DNA of 58,981 bases from a virus (IMGVR_UViG_3300031785_000001:1-58981), one strand, 5' to 3'. Shown: positions 27,513 to 36,330, counted from the first letter of the stretch. Translations and numbers: made by a program. The notes: a model not told the origin generated them from the sequence alone.

Positions 27513-28103
27513 ATGCCAAATTGGTGTGAAAACATAGCCACAATATCGCATGACAACAAAGAGTCCATGCAACCATTAGTCAATGCTCTCAAGAGCGTTA
27601 CGCAAGCGAGAAAAGAATACTATGACAAGCTAGACAACGAGTCTGTCACGGATACTTTTCAGGTGTGTTACGAAGCAAATTATGACGACTGTCCTGAGTT
27701 CTTTCAGGCAACACACCCAATGCCAGACGAACTTAAGGGAACATCATCCCCACAGGATAGCCCTAACTGGCATGACTGGAGACTAGCAAATTGGGGAACA
27801 AAGTGGGATGTCCGATACGACTCCCTCAAAATCCACAGCATGTCTGACACGAGCATAACAGTTCAGTTCGACACAGCTTGGTCTCCACCTCAAGAGTGGT
27901 ATGCGCACATGAGATTGTGGAATTTCAAGATAGACGCATACTATTTCGAGGGTGCTATGGACTTCTGCGGTCTAGACACGGAAGAGGACGGAGAAGAGAC
28001 CTACTCTTGCAGTCAACTAGACTTGATTCCAACTCGCATAGACCAGTTATTCGGTATCTCCGAATACTACAAGGAAATGGAAGAAATGCAGGAGGATGAA
28101 TAA
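27513..28103 (+). CDS. Api92/YubB (DUF1281)-like ferredoxin-fold protein
   Basis: MPNWCEN, WHDWRLANWGTKWD, FDTAWSPP, YFEGAMDFCG. Confidence 0.8.
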   Translation: MPNWCENIATISHDNKESMQPLVNALKSVTQARKEYYDKLDNESVTDTFQVCYEANYDDCPEFFQATHPMPDELKGTSSPQDSPNWHDWRLANWGTKWDVRYDSLKIHSMSDTSITVQFDTAWSPPQEWYAHMRLWNFKIDAYYFEGAMDFCGLDTEEDGEETYSCSQLDLIPTRIDQLFGISEYYKEMEEMQEDE

Positions 28104-28198
28104 TGCCCCCGTCAATCATCATTCTCATAGTTGTGTGGCTTGCATTGTTTGGACTAGCCATACTTTTAGGTTTCACCGCGTCCAATGGTGGAAAATAA
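28103..28198 (+). CDS. 31-aa single-TM peptide
   Basis: MPPSIIILIVVWLALFGLAILLGFTASNGGK; TAATG coupling, AGGAGG upstream. Confidence 0.55.
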   Translation: MPPSIIILIVVWLALFGLAILLGFTASNGGK

Positions 28199-28243
28199 TT
28201 CATTATGCGCAGGTCTGCGCTTCCCCTGAAAGGGACTTATATA

Positions 28244-28800
28244 GTGAGATTTGAATTTCGAGTTGTTCCGACTCGGAATAGGTCTAGCTGTGTGCTATCA
28301 GGACACATGGCTAGACCAACAAGAATTTGTCTCGGTTGTCAGTTAAGAATCCAATAAAACCCGCATGGCGAACGAAAAGTGTCTAGTGCGTGGAGACACT
28401 GTGGTGGAAAGTCACAGACGACTAAAGGAGACGAGTATAGGTGGGTAATAGCCGTCCTAGGTCACTACCCTTAATTCGTAGAGAATCAGTTGCGAGCTAA
28501 TCTGCGAACCTTCTGCGCGAGGTTATTAGTGCGTGTGTGTCTAGCCAATCTTGTTAGAACTGCTGACACAGTCATCTACCTCGTAGCAGACGAGCCATGT
28601 ATTCAAACATGAATAGACAATCCTCAACATATCCTGTTGGTGCTTTATGCACATATCAGGGGTGGTCACATACTGTAAGGAAGACCACAGCAAGTCGTTC
28701 ATTCGTGTTTGTCTAGTCTTGCACAACGCAAAGGCAAGACAGAGGTATCCCAAGATAGAGAATTGGGAGTTCACCTCGCCACCTAGGGGTGGTATGCACT
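28244..28800 (+). ncRNA. Large (~550 nt) multi-domain structured non-coding RNA candidate, family unrecognised
   Basis: More than 12 hairpins plus nested long-range helices with G-U pairs on + strand; no credible ORF. Confidence 0.65.
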
Positions 28801-28814
28801 TCTACTCCTAGGAT

Positions 28815-28855
28815 TTGACATTAGGTGTAACGCATATTATACACATACCTAATGT
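28815..28855 (+). promoter_or_regulatory. Sigma70-type promoter TTGACA-N17-TATACA with overlapping 9-bp inverted repeat
   Basis: ACATTAGGT(28818-26)...ACCTAATGT(28847-55). Confidence 0.6.
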
Positions 28856-28898
28856 GCTTTAACTTTAATTTTAACTTTAACCATTTACGGAGGTAAAT

Positions 28899-30842
28899 AT
28901 GGCACTTGAATGTTGCTTAGAGGAACTTCAACGAGTCCTCAGTGAGCCTAAGTTTGTCGATAGACGCAAAGGCTTACGAAAACTAGCTACTCCTATCCTA
29001 GAAAAGGAACTATCTCAGGCAGAAATTGAGTCTTGCAAAGCAGATAGTCCTGTCTGGGGTTCACGGGAGGGGCAAATCAACCCTAGCACAACAGTCTCAG
29101 GGTTGAGAGACAGTCTAGATACATCCACCTTGCTTGTTCTTATAGCTACACATCTAGATTGCAGAGGCGGTAAGACTCCGCCTGTTAACCCACTTATGAT
29201 TCTCGACAGTCTTTCAGACACAGACAATCTACACAAGTCTGAAAAGTCTTCGACAGGATACATATTTGGGAGACCAACCTTTACAGAGGATGATGATGTG
29301 ACCGAACTAGAAAAACACATCTTGTCCTTAGACACACCAACAACCGCAAAAGAGGAGACATCTATGTCTGGAAATCCATACGAAGAACTAGCTACTGATG
29401 AAATCATGCAAGTAATCCTGTCTCTTAGACAAGACTACGAAGAAGAAGATGTTAGGTCTGAGTTTAAGGATGTTCTTAGCAAGACCAAAGTGGTTGCTAT
29501 CGAAAGCATGCTTGAACTTGGTGCTGAGTATGACAGAGGTTATGTGTTTAGTCAGGTCGGCAGGCAGTTGAGGGTAGACATATCCACAAGGATAGATGCT
29601 CTGGACGAAGACACATCAGATGTGTCCGAGTCTAAGCCTGTTGTTTCTGAAGAGTTTGCTCCCTTACCAGATGAGGCAAGCTCTAACATGATTGACATGG
29701 TCTTGAAGAACGCAGGCTACACAGACATAACGACTAAGGCTCTGTGGGATAAGATTAGTGGTCAGAGCGACACCATAGCCAAGTTGAACGAGAGAGTAAG
29801 CACTCTTGCATTATCGAGTTCAGATGTTAGCGGTGGCTCAGACTCCATGCCCTCTAGTGAGGATATGCCAAACGGTAAGGTCGTAGTCAAACAGGCATAT
29901 GAAGTCTTCAATGTGGGTAGGCAGAAAAATCAATTCCTATTCAATGTCCCCGTTTATGAGTGGGATACACCACATCCTCATGTTCCTGAGATAGACAGCA
30001 ATTACCAATGGAACTACGACATCTTAAGACGAGTGCTTTACAGCATAATCTCTAACACAAGATGTTATTTGCATGGTCATACTGGCACAGGCAAGACGAC
30101 ATTCGTTGAGCAAGTTGCCGCGTGTCTTAAGTATCCGTTTATGAGAGTCAACTTTGATTCAGAGGTTACTCGTATGGACTTGATTGGTAGAGACACACTC
30201 AAGCAAGAGGACGGTGTAACTGTCTCCAAGTTTGAGGATGGAATACTGCCACAAATGATGAGTGGTCCATATATAGGGTGCTTTGATGAGATTGACTTTG
30301 TTAGACCTGATATTGCCTATGTAATGCAGAGAGCCTTAGAGGGTAATGGTCTGATGATTACAGAGGACGGTGGTCGTGTCGTTAAGCCACATAGAATGTT
30401 CCGAATGTTTGCTACAGGCAATACTGTGGGGCAAGGAGATGAGTTTGGTATGTATCAAGGTGCAAGACCACAATCTCTAGCCATGCTTGATAGATTCCAA
30501 GTCTGGGCGAATGTTCCTTACATGACCTCTCCACAAAGAAAGAAACTTATCAAGGCTAGTGTTCCCACATTAGAAGAGAAAGACCTAGATTCGATTAGCC
30601 AATATGTAGATGAGCATATGGTTGCTTTCAAATCTAGTGAGGTTATCCAACCGATTAGTCCTAGAGGTTATGTGTCATTAGCTAAAGCGGTGGTTGCTTT
30701 CTACGAGTTCTATCCTGACGCAAAAGCTGACAAGGCATTTCAGTCTGCCTTTGAGACTGTTGTTTTGGATAGGGCAAATGTTCAGGACAAGGTAGTTCTG
30801 AAAGCGATTGGTGACAGAGTATTCAACAAGACGGAGGTGTAA
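28899..30842 (+). CDS. CobS-like (MoxR-family) AAA+ ATPase with long N-terminal extension
   Basis: GHTGTGKT Walker A, FDEID Walker B, RMFATGNTVGQGD, LDRF, ISPR. Confidence 0.85.
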   Translation: MALECCLEELQRVLSEPKFVDRRKGLRKLATPILEKELSQAEIESCKADSPVWGSREGQINPSTTVSGLRDSLDTSTLLVLIATHLDCRGGKTPPVNPLMILDSLSDTDNLHKSEKSSTGYIFGRPTFTEDDDVTELEKHILSLDTPTTAKEETSMSGNPYEELATDEIMQVILSLRQDYEEEDVRSEFKDVLSKTKVVAIESMLELGAEYDRGYVFSQVGRQLRVDISTRIDALDEDTSDVSESKPVVSEEFAPLPDEASSNMIDMVLKNAGYTDITTKALWDKISGQSDTIAKLNERVSTLALSSSDVSGGSDSMPSSEDMPNGKVVVKQAYEVFNVGRQKNQFLFNVPVYEWDTPHPHVPEIDSNYQWNYDILRRVLYSIISNTRCYLHGHTGTGKTTFVEQVAACLKYPFMRVNFDSEVTRMDLIGRDTLKQEDGVTVSKFEDGILPQMMSGPYIGCFDEIDFVRPDIAYVMQRALEGNGLMITEDGGRVVKPHRMFRMFATGNTVGQGDEFGMYQGARPQSLAMLDRFQVWANVPYMTSPQRKKLIKASVPTLEEKDLDSISQYVDEHMVAFKSSEVIQPISPRGYVSLAKAVVAFYEFYPDAKADKAFQSAFETVVLDRANVQDKVVLKAIGDRVFNKTEV

Positions 30843-30843
30843 T

Positions 30844-32820
30844 ATGAAATCGACTCTATTTCAGCATGAGGTTAACAAGACTAGCACAATCTTTGGTCGT
30901 GACGAGAAAGTTAAAGTGGTTTTTCAAGGCGACCAAGCATGCACAGACGGAAACACAATCACGATTCCTACTCTTGATGACACACAGGATATTCCTGTGG
31001 AGAAACAACAGATAATTCGTGGGTATGTTGACCATGAGGCAGGGCATGTAAGACACACAGACTTTAGTGTTCTTCACGATAACCAAAAGTTGTTTGCTAG
31101 GGATAATTTACTTGCCCAATGCAACAATGCTTTAGAAGACATTTGGTTAGAGCGAAAGGTTATTTCTGAGTATGCAGGCGCAGAGAAAAATCTTAGGGCT
31201 GTGTCTAGCGCAGTCAATAAGGAGTTCCTTGACAGCATAGACAAGGATGATGAACGCATTGAAGACCCCAAGTTCATTGGTCCTGTGTCTCTCACATGGG
31301 AGGGTAGGAAAGACTATGGTGGAGAGGGCAATCAGGAATGTATTGACCTGTTACCCAAAGATTTTGCCAACAAACTACCTAACTACATCAAAGGTCTAGA
31401 CGCCTGTAAGGATAGCAAGGATGTCTTTACTCTTGCCAAGATAATCAGAAATCAATTCTCTTCTGACAAGCCAATGAGTGAGGAAGAGTTTGATGAGTTG
31501 GTTAAGGAAGCAATCAAGGACAAGACGAAATCTGTATCAGTGCCAGCAGAGCATGAAATTGAGGGTGCATCTGACGATTCTCGTGAGGGCGAAGACGGTT
31601 CTTCTGGTGACGGAGAAGAGAAATCCGACAAGACATCTAGCGTTGGAGATGATTCGGTAAGAGAAGAGGGTAATGATGATTGGAAGAGTGACCATGAATC
31701 AAAACATGATGAAACTCCTAGCGAACATTCAGGAGGGAGCGGTGTTGGTGCAGAAGAGAGAGCAACAACATCCGAGACCTACGAGAACTTTGATGTCGGC
31801 ACTATCTTGCAGAAAGAAATCTCTGATTACACATCAAAGTCAGGGGGTGGAGTTTATAGACCATTCTCTACTGCCTTTGATAAGTGGCATCACAGGAGCG
31901 ATGAGCATGGTCTGTATGGAACATACGATACTCTAGGTCACAGCATCCTATCTCATGGGCGTCCTGCAAAGTATGACAGGATACTCAACCAATCAAGTGG
32001 TCCAATAAATGTGATGAGACGCAAGCTAGAGAGATGTCTCCTTGCCAAGCAGAATAGAGATTGGTTAGGCAACCAAGAGGATGGGAGGTTAGATACTAGG
32101 CGTCTTGTTGGTGCGTTTAATGGCAGTGCCAATGTGTTTAGACAGAGGTCTCCTCTTCAGGAATTGGATACTGCTGTTACTGTTCTGATTGATTTGTCAG
32201 GCAGTATGCATGGCTCACGGGCAACCTTAGCTATGCAGGCTAGTATATGTCTTGCCGAAGCACTTGAGAGAACAGGGTGTGTTTACTCTGTGTATGGTTT
32301 CAATAACCAATCGAGTATGGCTTGGGAGAAACTAACGGAAGAGCAGAGAGAAGATTACTACAATGGTTCTTGGTCTCGAACAGAGTGTATGGATATGTTC
32401 ATATTCAAAGACTTTCAAGAGAGACTACACGATTGTAAGGGTGCTATGTCTCGCATAGCAGACTGCTCTAACGGTAATAACTCTGACGGCGAATCCATAC
32501 TTAAGGCTTACGGTAAATTAAAGAACAGGCGCGAGAGCAGAAAGGTTTATCTCGTTATGTCTGACGGATACCCCGCCTGTCACACCAACTGCACCGATAC
32601 TTTGTATCAGCATACAAGAGACGCAGTTAAGACTATCGAAGATGACGGTGTTGACATCATTGGTATAGGCATTGAGTCCAAAGCTGTGTCTAGGTTCTAT
32701 CCTAAGTATGTAGTGCTAGACAAAGTAGAAGACTTATCTGGTGCGGTTATGGATAAGCTGAGTAAAGCATTGTTAGGAGAGAGATTCGAGATTGATAACT
32801 CGGTCTTGCTCAATGCGTAA
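30844..32820 (+). CDS. CobT-like protein: N-terminal HExxH domain, acidic linker, C-terminal vWA
   Basis: RGYVDHEAGH, GRLDTRRL, LIDLSGSM (MIDAS), SDGYP. Confidence 0.85.
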   Translation: MKSTLFQHEVNKTSTIFGRDEKVKVVFQGDQACTDGNTITIPTLDDTQDIPVEKQQIIRGYVDHEAGHVRHTDFSVLHDNQKLFARDNLLAQCNNALEDIWLERKVISEYAGAEKNLRAVSSAVNKEFLDSIDKDDERIEDPKFIGPVSLTWEGRKDYGGEGNQECIDLLPKDFANKLPNYIKGLDACKDSKDVFTLAKIIRNQFSSDKPMSEEEFDELVKEAIKDKTKSVSVPAEHEIEGASDDSREGEDGSSGDGEEKSDKTSSVGDDSVREEGNDDWKSDHESKHDETPSEHSGGSGVGAEERATTSETYENFDVGTILQKEISDYTSKSGGGVYRPFSTAFDKWHHRSDEHGLYGTYDTLGHSILSHGRPAKYDRILNQSSGPINVMRRKLERCLLAKQNRDWLGNQEDGRLDTRRLVGAFNGSANVFRQRSPLQELDTAVTVLIDLSGSMHGSRATLAMQASICLAEALERTGCVYSVYGFNNQSSMAWEKLTEEQREDYYNGSWSRTECMDMFIFKDFQERLHDCKGAMSRIADCSNGNNSDGESILKAYGKLKNRRESRKVYLVMSDGYPACHTNCTDTLYQHTRDAVKTIEDDGVDIIGIGIESKAVSRFYPKYVVLDKVEDLSGAVMDKLSKALLGERFEIDNSVLLNA

Positions 32821-33004
32821 GGCTAGGAAGATTAGGGTGCGAACTGAATGGATGAGATTACATCCTAAGCGAAAAGGTAATCTGAGATTTTGGATAACTG
32901 TAGGCAAGAAGATTGCTGATAAAGGTATCAAGAAATCAGATGTGTCCGCAATTTATAACATTATTAAGGAGGTTGAGAATGAATATTTATTTTCTAGACG
33001 ATAA
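32813..33004 (+). CDS. Small basic hypothetical protein
   Basis: Overlaps the upstream stop; contains RBS for next gene. Confidence 0.5.
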   Translation: MRKARKIRVRTEWMRLHPKRKGNLRFWITVGKKIADKGIKKSDVSAIYNIIKEVENEYLFSRR

Positions 33005-33506
33005 GCCTGAGAGGGCTTGCGAGTATTTAGCAGACAAGCATGTCTTCAAGATGCTCAAAGACGCAGTATCAATAATGATTTCTGCAACAGCAGGAGAAGA
33101 GTCTTACTACCAGCAGATGAAAGCTGGGAAAGGAACCAATACCCAACTGATTGATTTCAGTATGGTTGATTGGGTTGTCAAAAGTCCAAAGCATTACTCT
33201 TGGGTATGGGATTATGGACTAGGTTGTTCCAAAGAAATGGAACACCGTTTTGGCGAAATTAATGACGCGGCAAACCAATATTCTAAACAGTTAATTCCTC
33301 TCTCGCTTATGCGAGAGGAAACTGAACATGATGTTTGGATTAATCCCCCCCGTATGATTCCCGATAAATACAAGATGAATTGGGGAGACTATATCGAGGG
33401 AGATAGAGTCGATAGTTGTCATGTTCAAAGCTATAGGAATTTCTATCGTGACTGTCACGGTGATAGCCATTGGACAAAGAGAGGTGCGCCGACATGGATA
33501 AGGTAA
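32979..33506 (+). CDS. Pyrimidine-dimer DNA glycosylase-like (DenV/Pyr_excise) protein
   Basis: MNIYFLD...DKHVFKM, SYRNFY, WTKRGAPTW; AAGGAGG RBS. Confidence 0.7.
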   Translation: MNIYFLDDKPERACEYLADKHVFKMLKDAVSIMISATAGEESYYQQMKAGKGTNTQLIDFSMVDWVVKSPKHYSWVWDYGLGCSKEMEHRFGEINDAANQYSKQLIPLSLMREETEHDVWINPPRMIPDKYKMNWGDYIEGDRVDSCHVQSYRNFYRDCHGDSHWTKRGAPTWIR

Positions 33507-33802
33507 AACACTGCGACAAGAAACTTAAATGGTGGGCTTGGCACAAAGATAACCCTCATGTCTATGACACATTCGAGAAGTATGCATTTGATGTGATAGA
33601 CGCAGGCAAAAAGAAGACAAGTGCGTGGCTCATCATCAATCGTATTCGGTGGGAGTATGAAATAGAAACCAAGGGTAGTGAGTTCAAAATCAGTAATGAT
33701 TACATAGCTTATTACTCAAGGTTGTTTATGGCATACCACCCTGAACATCAAATTTTTAACATCAAACCATTTAAACATGAGAGAGGAGGCTCGTATGAGT
33801 AG
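33494..33802 (+). CDS. Conserved phage hypothetical protein
   Basis: HKDNPHVY..F, RIRWE, FKISNDYIAYYSRLF. Confidence 0.75.
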   Translation: MDKVKHCDKKLKWWAWHKDNPHVYDTFEKYAFDVIDAGKKKTSAWLIINRIRWEYEIETKGSEFKISNDYIAYYSRLFMAYHPEHQIFNIKPFKHERGGSYE

Positions 33803-34406
33803 GCAAGAGAGACGCAAGCAACAGCTTGCAGAAAAGAAAACAGCTAAGAGATTAGCGAAGAAAGACTTGGTTCATCCTGTAGGTGGACCACTTGAGAGGG
33901 CTGAGATTATTCCCAAGACCTCTGCACAACTAGAAGCTATGGCAAAGCGCATGTGTGAAGAGATGCCTGACATGACATGGGAGTTAGCCATGCAGTCGCT
34001 TCTTGAAGCAGAGAAAGACCAAGAGGTTTACATCAATGATGTTTACCAAGTGTTGGTTTATCGTGGGGTTAACGCAGATGAGATGATTCATCAGCCAAAC
34101 CTTAAAGGTAAGTGCGTCTGGCTATCTATTAAGCGTAGAGACAAAACGCCTTGCACATCTTGGCAAGACTTTCAGACCATCAAGAATCGTCTCATAGGCA
34201 CAAGACATGATGCGATACAGATTTATCCAAGCGAAGAGCGAATGGTTAACACATCAAATCAATATCACATGATAGTGTTTCCAACACATTACACCATACC
34301 TTTTGGTTGGATGAGTAGGGCTGTTTCCACAGAAGATAAAGGACACAGCGAGCAAGAAGAACTTAACCGTGAATCTAAACAAAACTTTAAAGGAGAAATC
34401 ATATGA
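33795..34406 (+). CDS. Conserved phage hypothetical protein
   Basis: WLSIKRRD..SWQDFQTIKN..AIQIYP..VNTSNQYH. Confidence 0.75.
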   Translation: MSRQERRKQQLAEKKTAKRLAKKDLVHPVGGPLERAEIIPKTSAQLEAMAKRMCEEMPDMTWELAMQSLLEAEKDQEVYINDVYQVLVYRGVNADEMIHQPNLKGKCVWLSIKRRDKTPCTSWQDFQTIKNRLIGTRHDAIQIYPSEERMVNTSNQYHMIVFPTHYTIPFGWMSRAVSTEDKGHSEQEELNRESKQNFKGEII

Positions 34407-35011
34407 GTAAAGAAGATACAGCAGATAAGTTAGTCAAGAAGAAACTCAACGAGGTTGTTGACCTCAAAAAGGATGAGCCAATAGTTGATGTTGGTCCTAT
34501 GTTGGGTGTTCCTTTTGACGATAAGTTTCCTTGGGAAGATGATGACTTCTCTGACCTTGACGACTTTGACAAGGAGAGAGATGACTGGGACAGGAGTCGT
34601 CTTGAGGATTCATTACCTTCAGCATCCCCGGCGATAACACGCAAGACAAGAATCAAACCACAGACTGCACCTAAGTATGTGTCTAGAGACCTGTTCGATA
34701 GCGATGTCACTAGACCAAGCACAGATAAGAAGCTGTCTAGCATGCGTGATATTGGAGAGGTTGGTGTTCCCATTAAGGGATACACAAACTTTTCATTGGA
34801 TGACTTCAGCAAAATTACAGACACCATGTATATGCAAGTCTTGGATATGTGTGAAGAGGTTGGTTTCATTTTGAAAGGTGGAACTTTCTCAACAGGATTC
34901 AAGAAAGAGTTTAGACGCATGGTCTATGACGCGATGATGCATGAAGACGATGAGGGTAAGCGTAGGTGGATTTCAGTTAACAAAAAATTGCATGGTAAGG
35001 AGGATTTCTAA
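34403..35011 (+). CDS. Hypothetical protein
   Basis: AGGAG RBS, ATGA coupling. Confidence 0.7.
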   Translation: MSKEDTADKLVKKKLNEVVDLKKDEPIVDVGPMLGVPFDDKFPWEDDDFSDLDDFDKERDDWDRSRLEDSLPSASPAITRKTRIKPQTAPKYVSRDLFDSDVTRPSTDKKLSSMRDIGEVGVPIKGYTNFSLDDFSKITDTMYMQVLDMCEEVGFILKGGTFSTGFKKEFRRMVYDAMMHEDDEGKRRWISVNKKLHGKEDF

Positions 35012-35523
35012 TGAGCAATACAGTTGATATGGTAATGAATGTGTTTAATGGCTTGAATAAAGAAGAAAAGAAAGAGGTCATTATAAGAATAGGCGAGCAG
35101 GCGGAAGACATACTTGGGAGGAAAGCATTTCCCGAAAAGGCGTCTGTGCCAAAGGGTAAGAGTAAGAGGTGGAAATCTACAGGGAAGAGTCCTTACTGGA
35201 TTAAGACTGTTCAAGGTCTCAATGAGGGAACCGACAGTAGAGGTAAGCCTTACCAAGGTGCTTTCAAGATTGAGGGGTCTTTCATCAAGGACTTGCATAA
35301 GAACTGTGGAAATGACGAGGTCTTGTTACTTGGCACAAGAAGCCCCAAGGAATACAGGATTGCTCTATGGAAAGGTGAGTCGTCTGGTAAGGAGTTGAGT
35401 ATGCACCTAGACGATGTCGGAGAGGTAATCATCAAAGGTCTTGAGTGTATTAAGGTGAGTGACAACATAGACGACATCATTGAACACATGAAAGACAATG
35501 GTCCTTTGGAGTCATACAAATGA
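35011..35523 (+). CDS. Hypothetical protein
   Basis: AGGAGG RBS, TAATG coupling. Confidence 0.7.
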   Translation: MSNTVDMVMNVFNGLNKEEKKEVIIRIGEQAEDILGRKAFPEKASVPKGKSKRWKSTGKSPYWIKTVQGLNEGTDSRGKPYQGAFKIEGSFIKDLHKNCGNDEVLLLGTRSPKEYRIALWKGESSGKELSMHLDDVGEVIIKGLECIKVSDNIDDIIEHMKDNGPLESYK

Positions 35524-35699
35524 GTCCGAGGAAAAAGGTAGAGACTCTCGACCTAGGGGTCGAGTGTCTCGTCTTGCCCCAAGGTTCGACCTATGATTTC
35601 ACAGACCTAGACCATTTAGTTAGGGTGTTACGCTTCCAACACAATAACGGTATGGCAATAACAGGAAGCCTACTCATTACAGATAGGAGGAAAAAATGA
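35520..35699 (+). CDS. 59-aa hypothetical protein
   Basis: MSPRKKVETLDLG...DRRKK; ATGA overlaps at both ends. Confidence 0.55.
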   Translation: MSPRKKVETLDLGVECLVLPQGSTYDFTDLDHLVRVLRFQHNNGMAITGSLLITDRRKK

Positions 35700-35881
35700 C
35701 AGTAGAAGAAAGAGAAGACCGCTTTAGAAAGTGGATAGAGGCACACCCTCTTTACGAAGAGGATAGCCCACCTGATATACAGGATGTCTTGGCAGACATA
35801 ATCTGTTTTTGCAGGGCAGAGAACATAGACTTTGACCAAGAACTTAACATGGCATATGTCTATGCCGACCAAGGAGAATGA
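35696..35881 (+). CDS. Hypothetical protein
   Basis: AGGAGG RBS; DVLADIICFC..IDFD..L pattern. Confidence 0.7.
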   Translation: MTVEEREDRFRKWIEAHPLYEEDSPPDIQDVLADIICFCRAENIDFDQELNMAYVYADQGE

Positions 35882-35882
35882 C

Positions 35883-36026
35883 ATGGCTAAAGAAAGAAAC
35901 CATAAAGGTAAGCTGAGTCATGCGAGAGCAATCAAGGTCGCCAATGCATGGAAAGGTAAGAAAGCAATTAGAAAAAACGGCAGATGGTTTTCTGTTGAAG
36001 AGGAGTCTAAGGATGGGAGTATATAA
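35883..36026 (+). CDS. Small basic hypothetical protein
   Basis: AGGAG RBS before MAKERNH. Confidence 0.55.
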   Translation: MAKERNHKGKLSHARAIKVANAWKGKKAIRKNGRWFSVEEESKDGSI

Positions 36027-36330
36027 TAACATGGGTATGGTAACTACAAGAATCGCCAAGTGTAAAACCAAAGAAGAAGATGAAAGACGCATGGCGAAGA
36101 AAGTATTTAGGTTTAGTGTTAAGTGTTCTTATGAGTATGACATCGAGGCTGATGACGAACACACAGCCAAGACAATTCTTGTTCAAGAGGGAGGTCTATC
36201 TATTGAGGGAGAGTTATGTCTCGACAATCAGGACTATGAGAACGCAGAACTAATTGAGACAGTTTACAGAGGAGGAACTAGCGATGAAAACAGAGAGGCA
36301 AAAGTTATTCGCACAAAGAAAAAAGATTGA
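36013..36330 (+). CDS. Hypothetical protein
   Basis: GAGGAG RBS; YEYDIEADDEHTA motif. Confidence 0.6.
   Translation: MGVYNNMGMVTTRIAKCKTKEEDERRMAKKVFRFSVKCSYEYDIEADDEHTAKTILVQEGGLSIEGELCLDNQDYENAELIETVYRGGTSDENREAKVIRTKKKD

Noticed and set aside
28355-28415. RNase P RNA (GGAAAGUC and AAAACCCG words)
   Set aside because: Words are in the wrong order and P4 complementarity is absent
28441-28600. Twister or HDV-like ribozyme inside the large RNA
   Set aside because: Only fragments (UAAUAGCCGUCC, ACCUCGU); the required P2 and pseudoknot pairings could not be built
28541-28774. 77-aa minus-strand ORF in the ncRNA region
   Set aside because: GTG start, antisense to the early arm, no recognisable motif
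28899-32820. Cobalamin-synthesis auxiliary metabolic genes
   Set aside because: No cobN or pathway genes; the MoxR/vWA interpretation is more parsimonious
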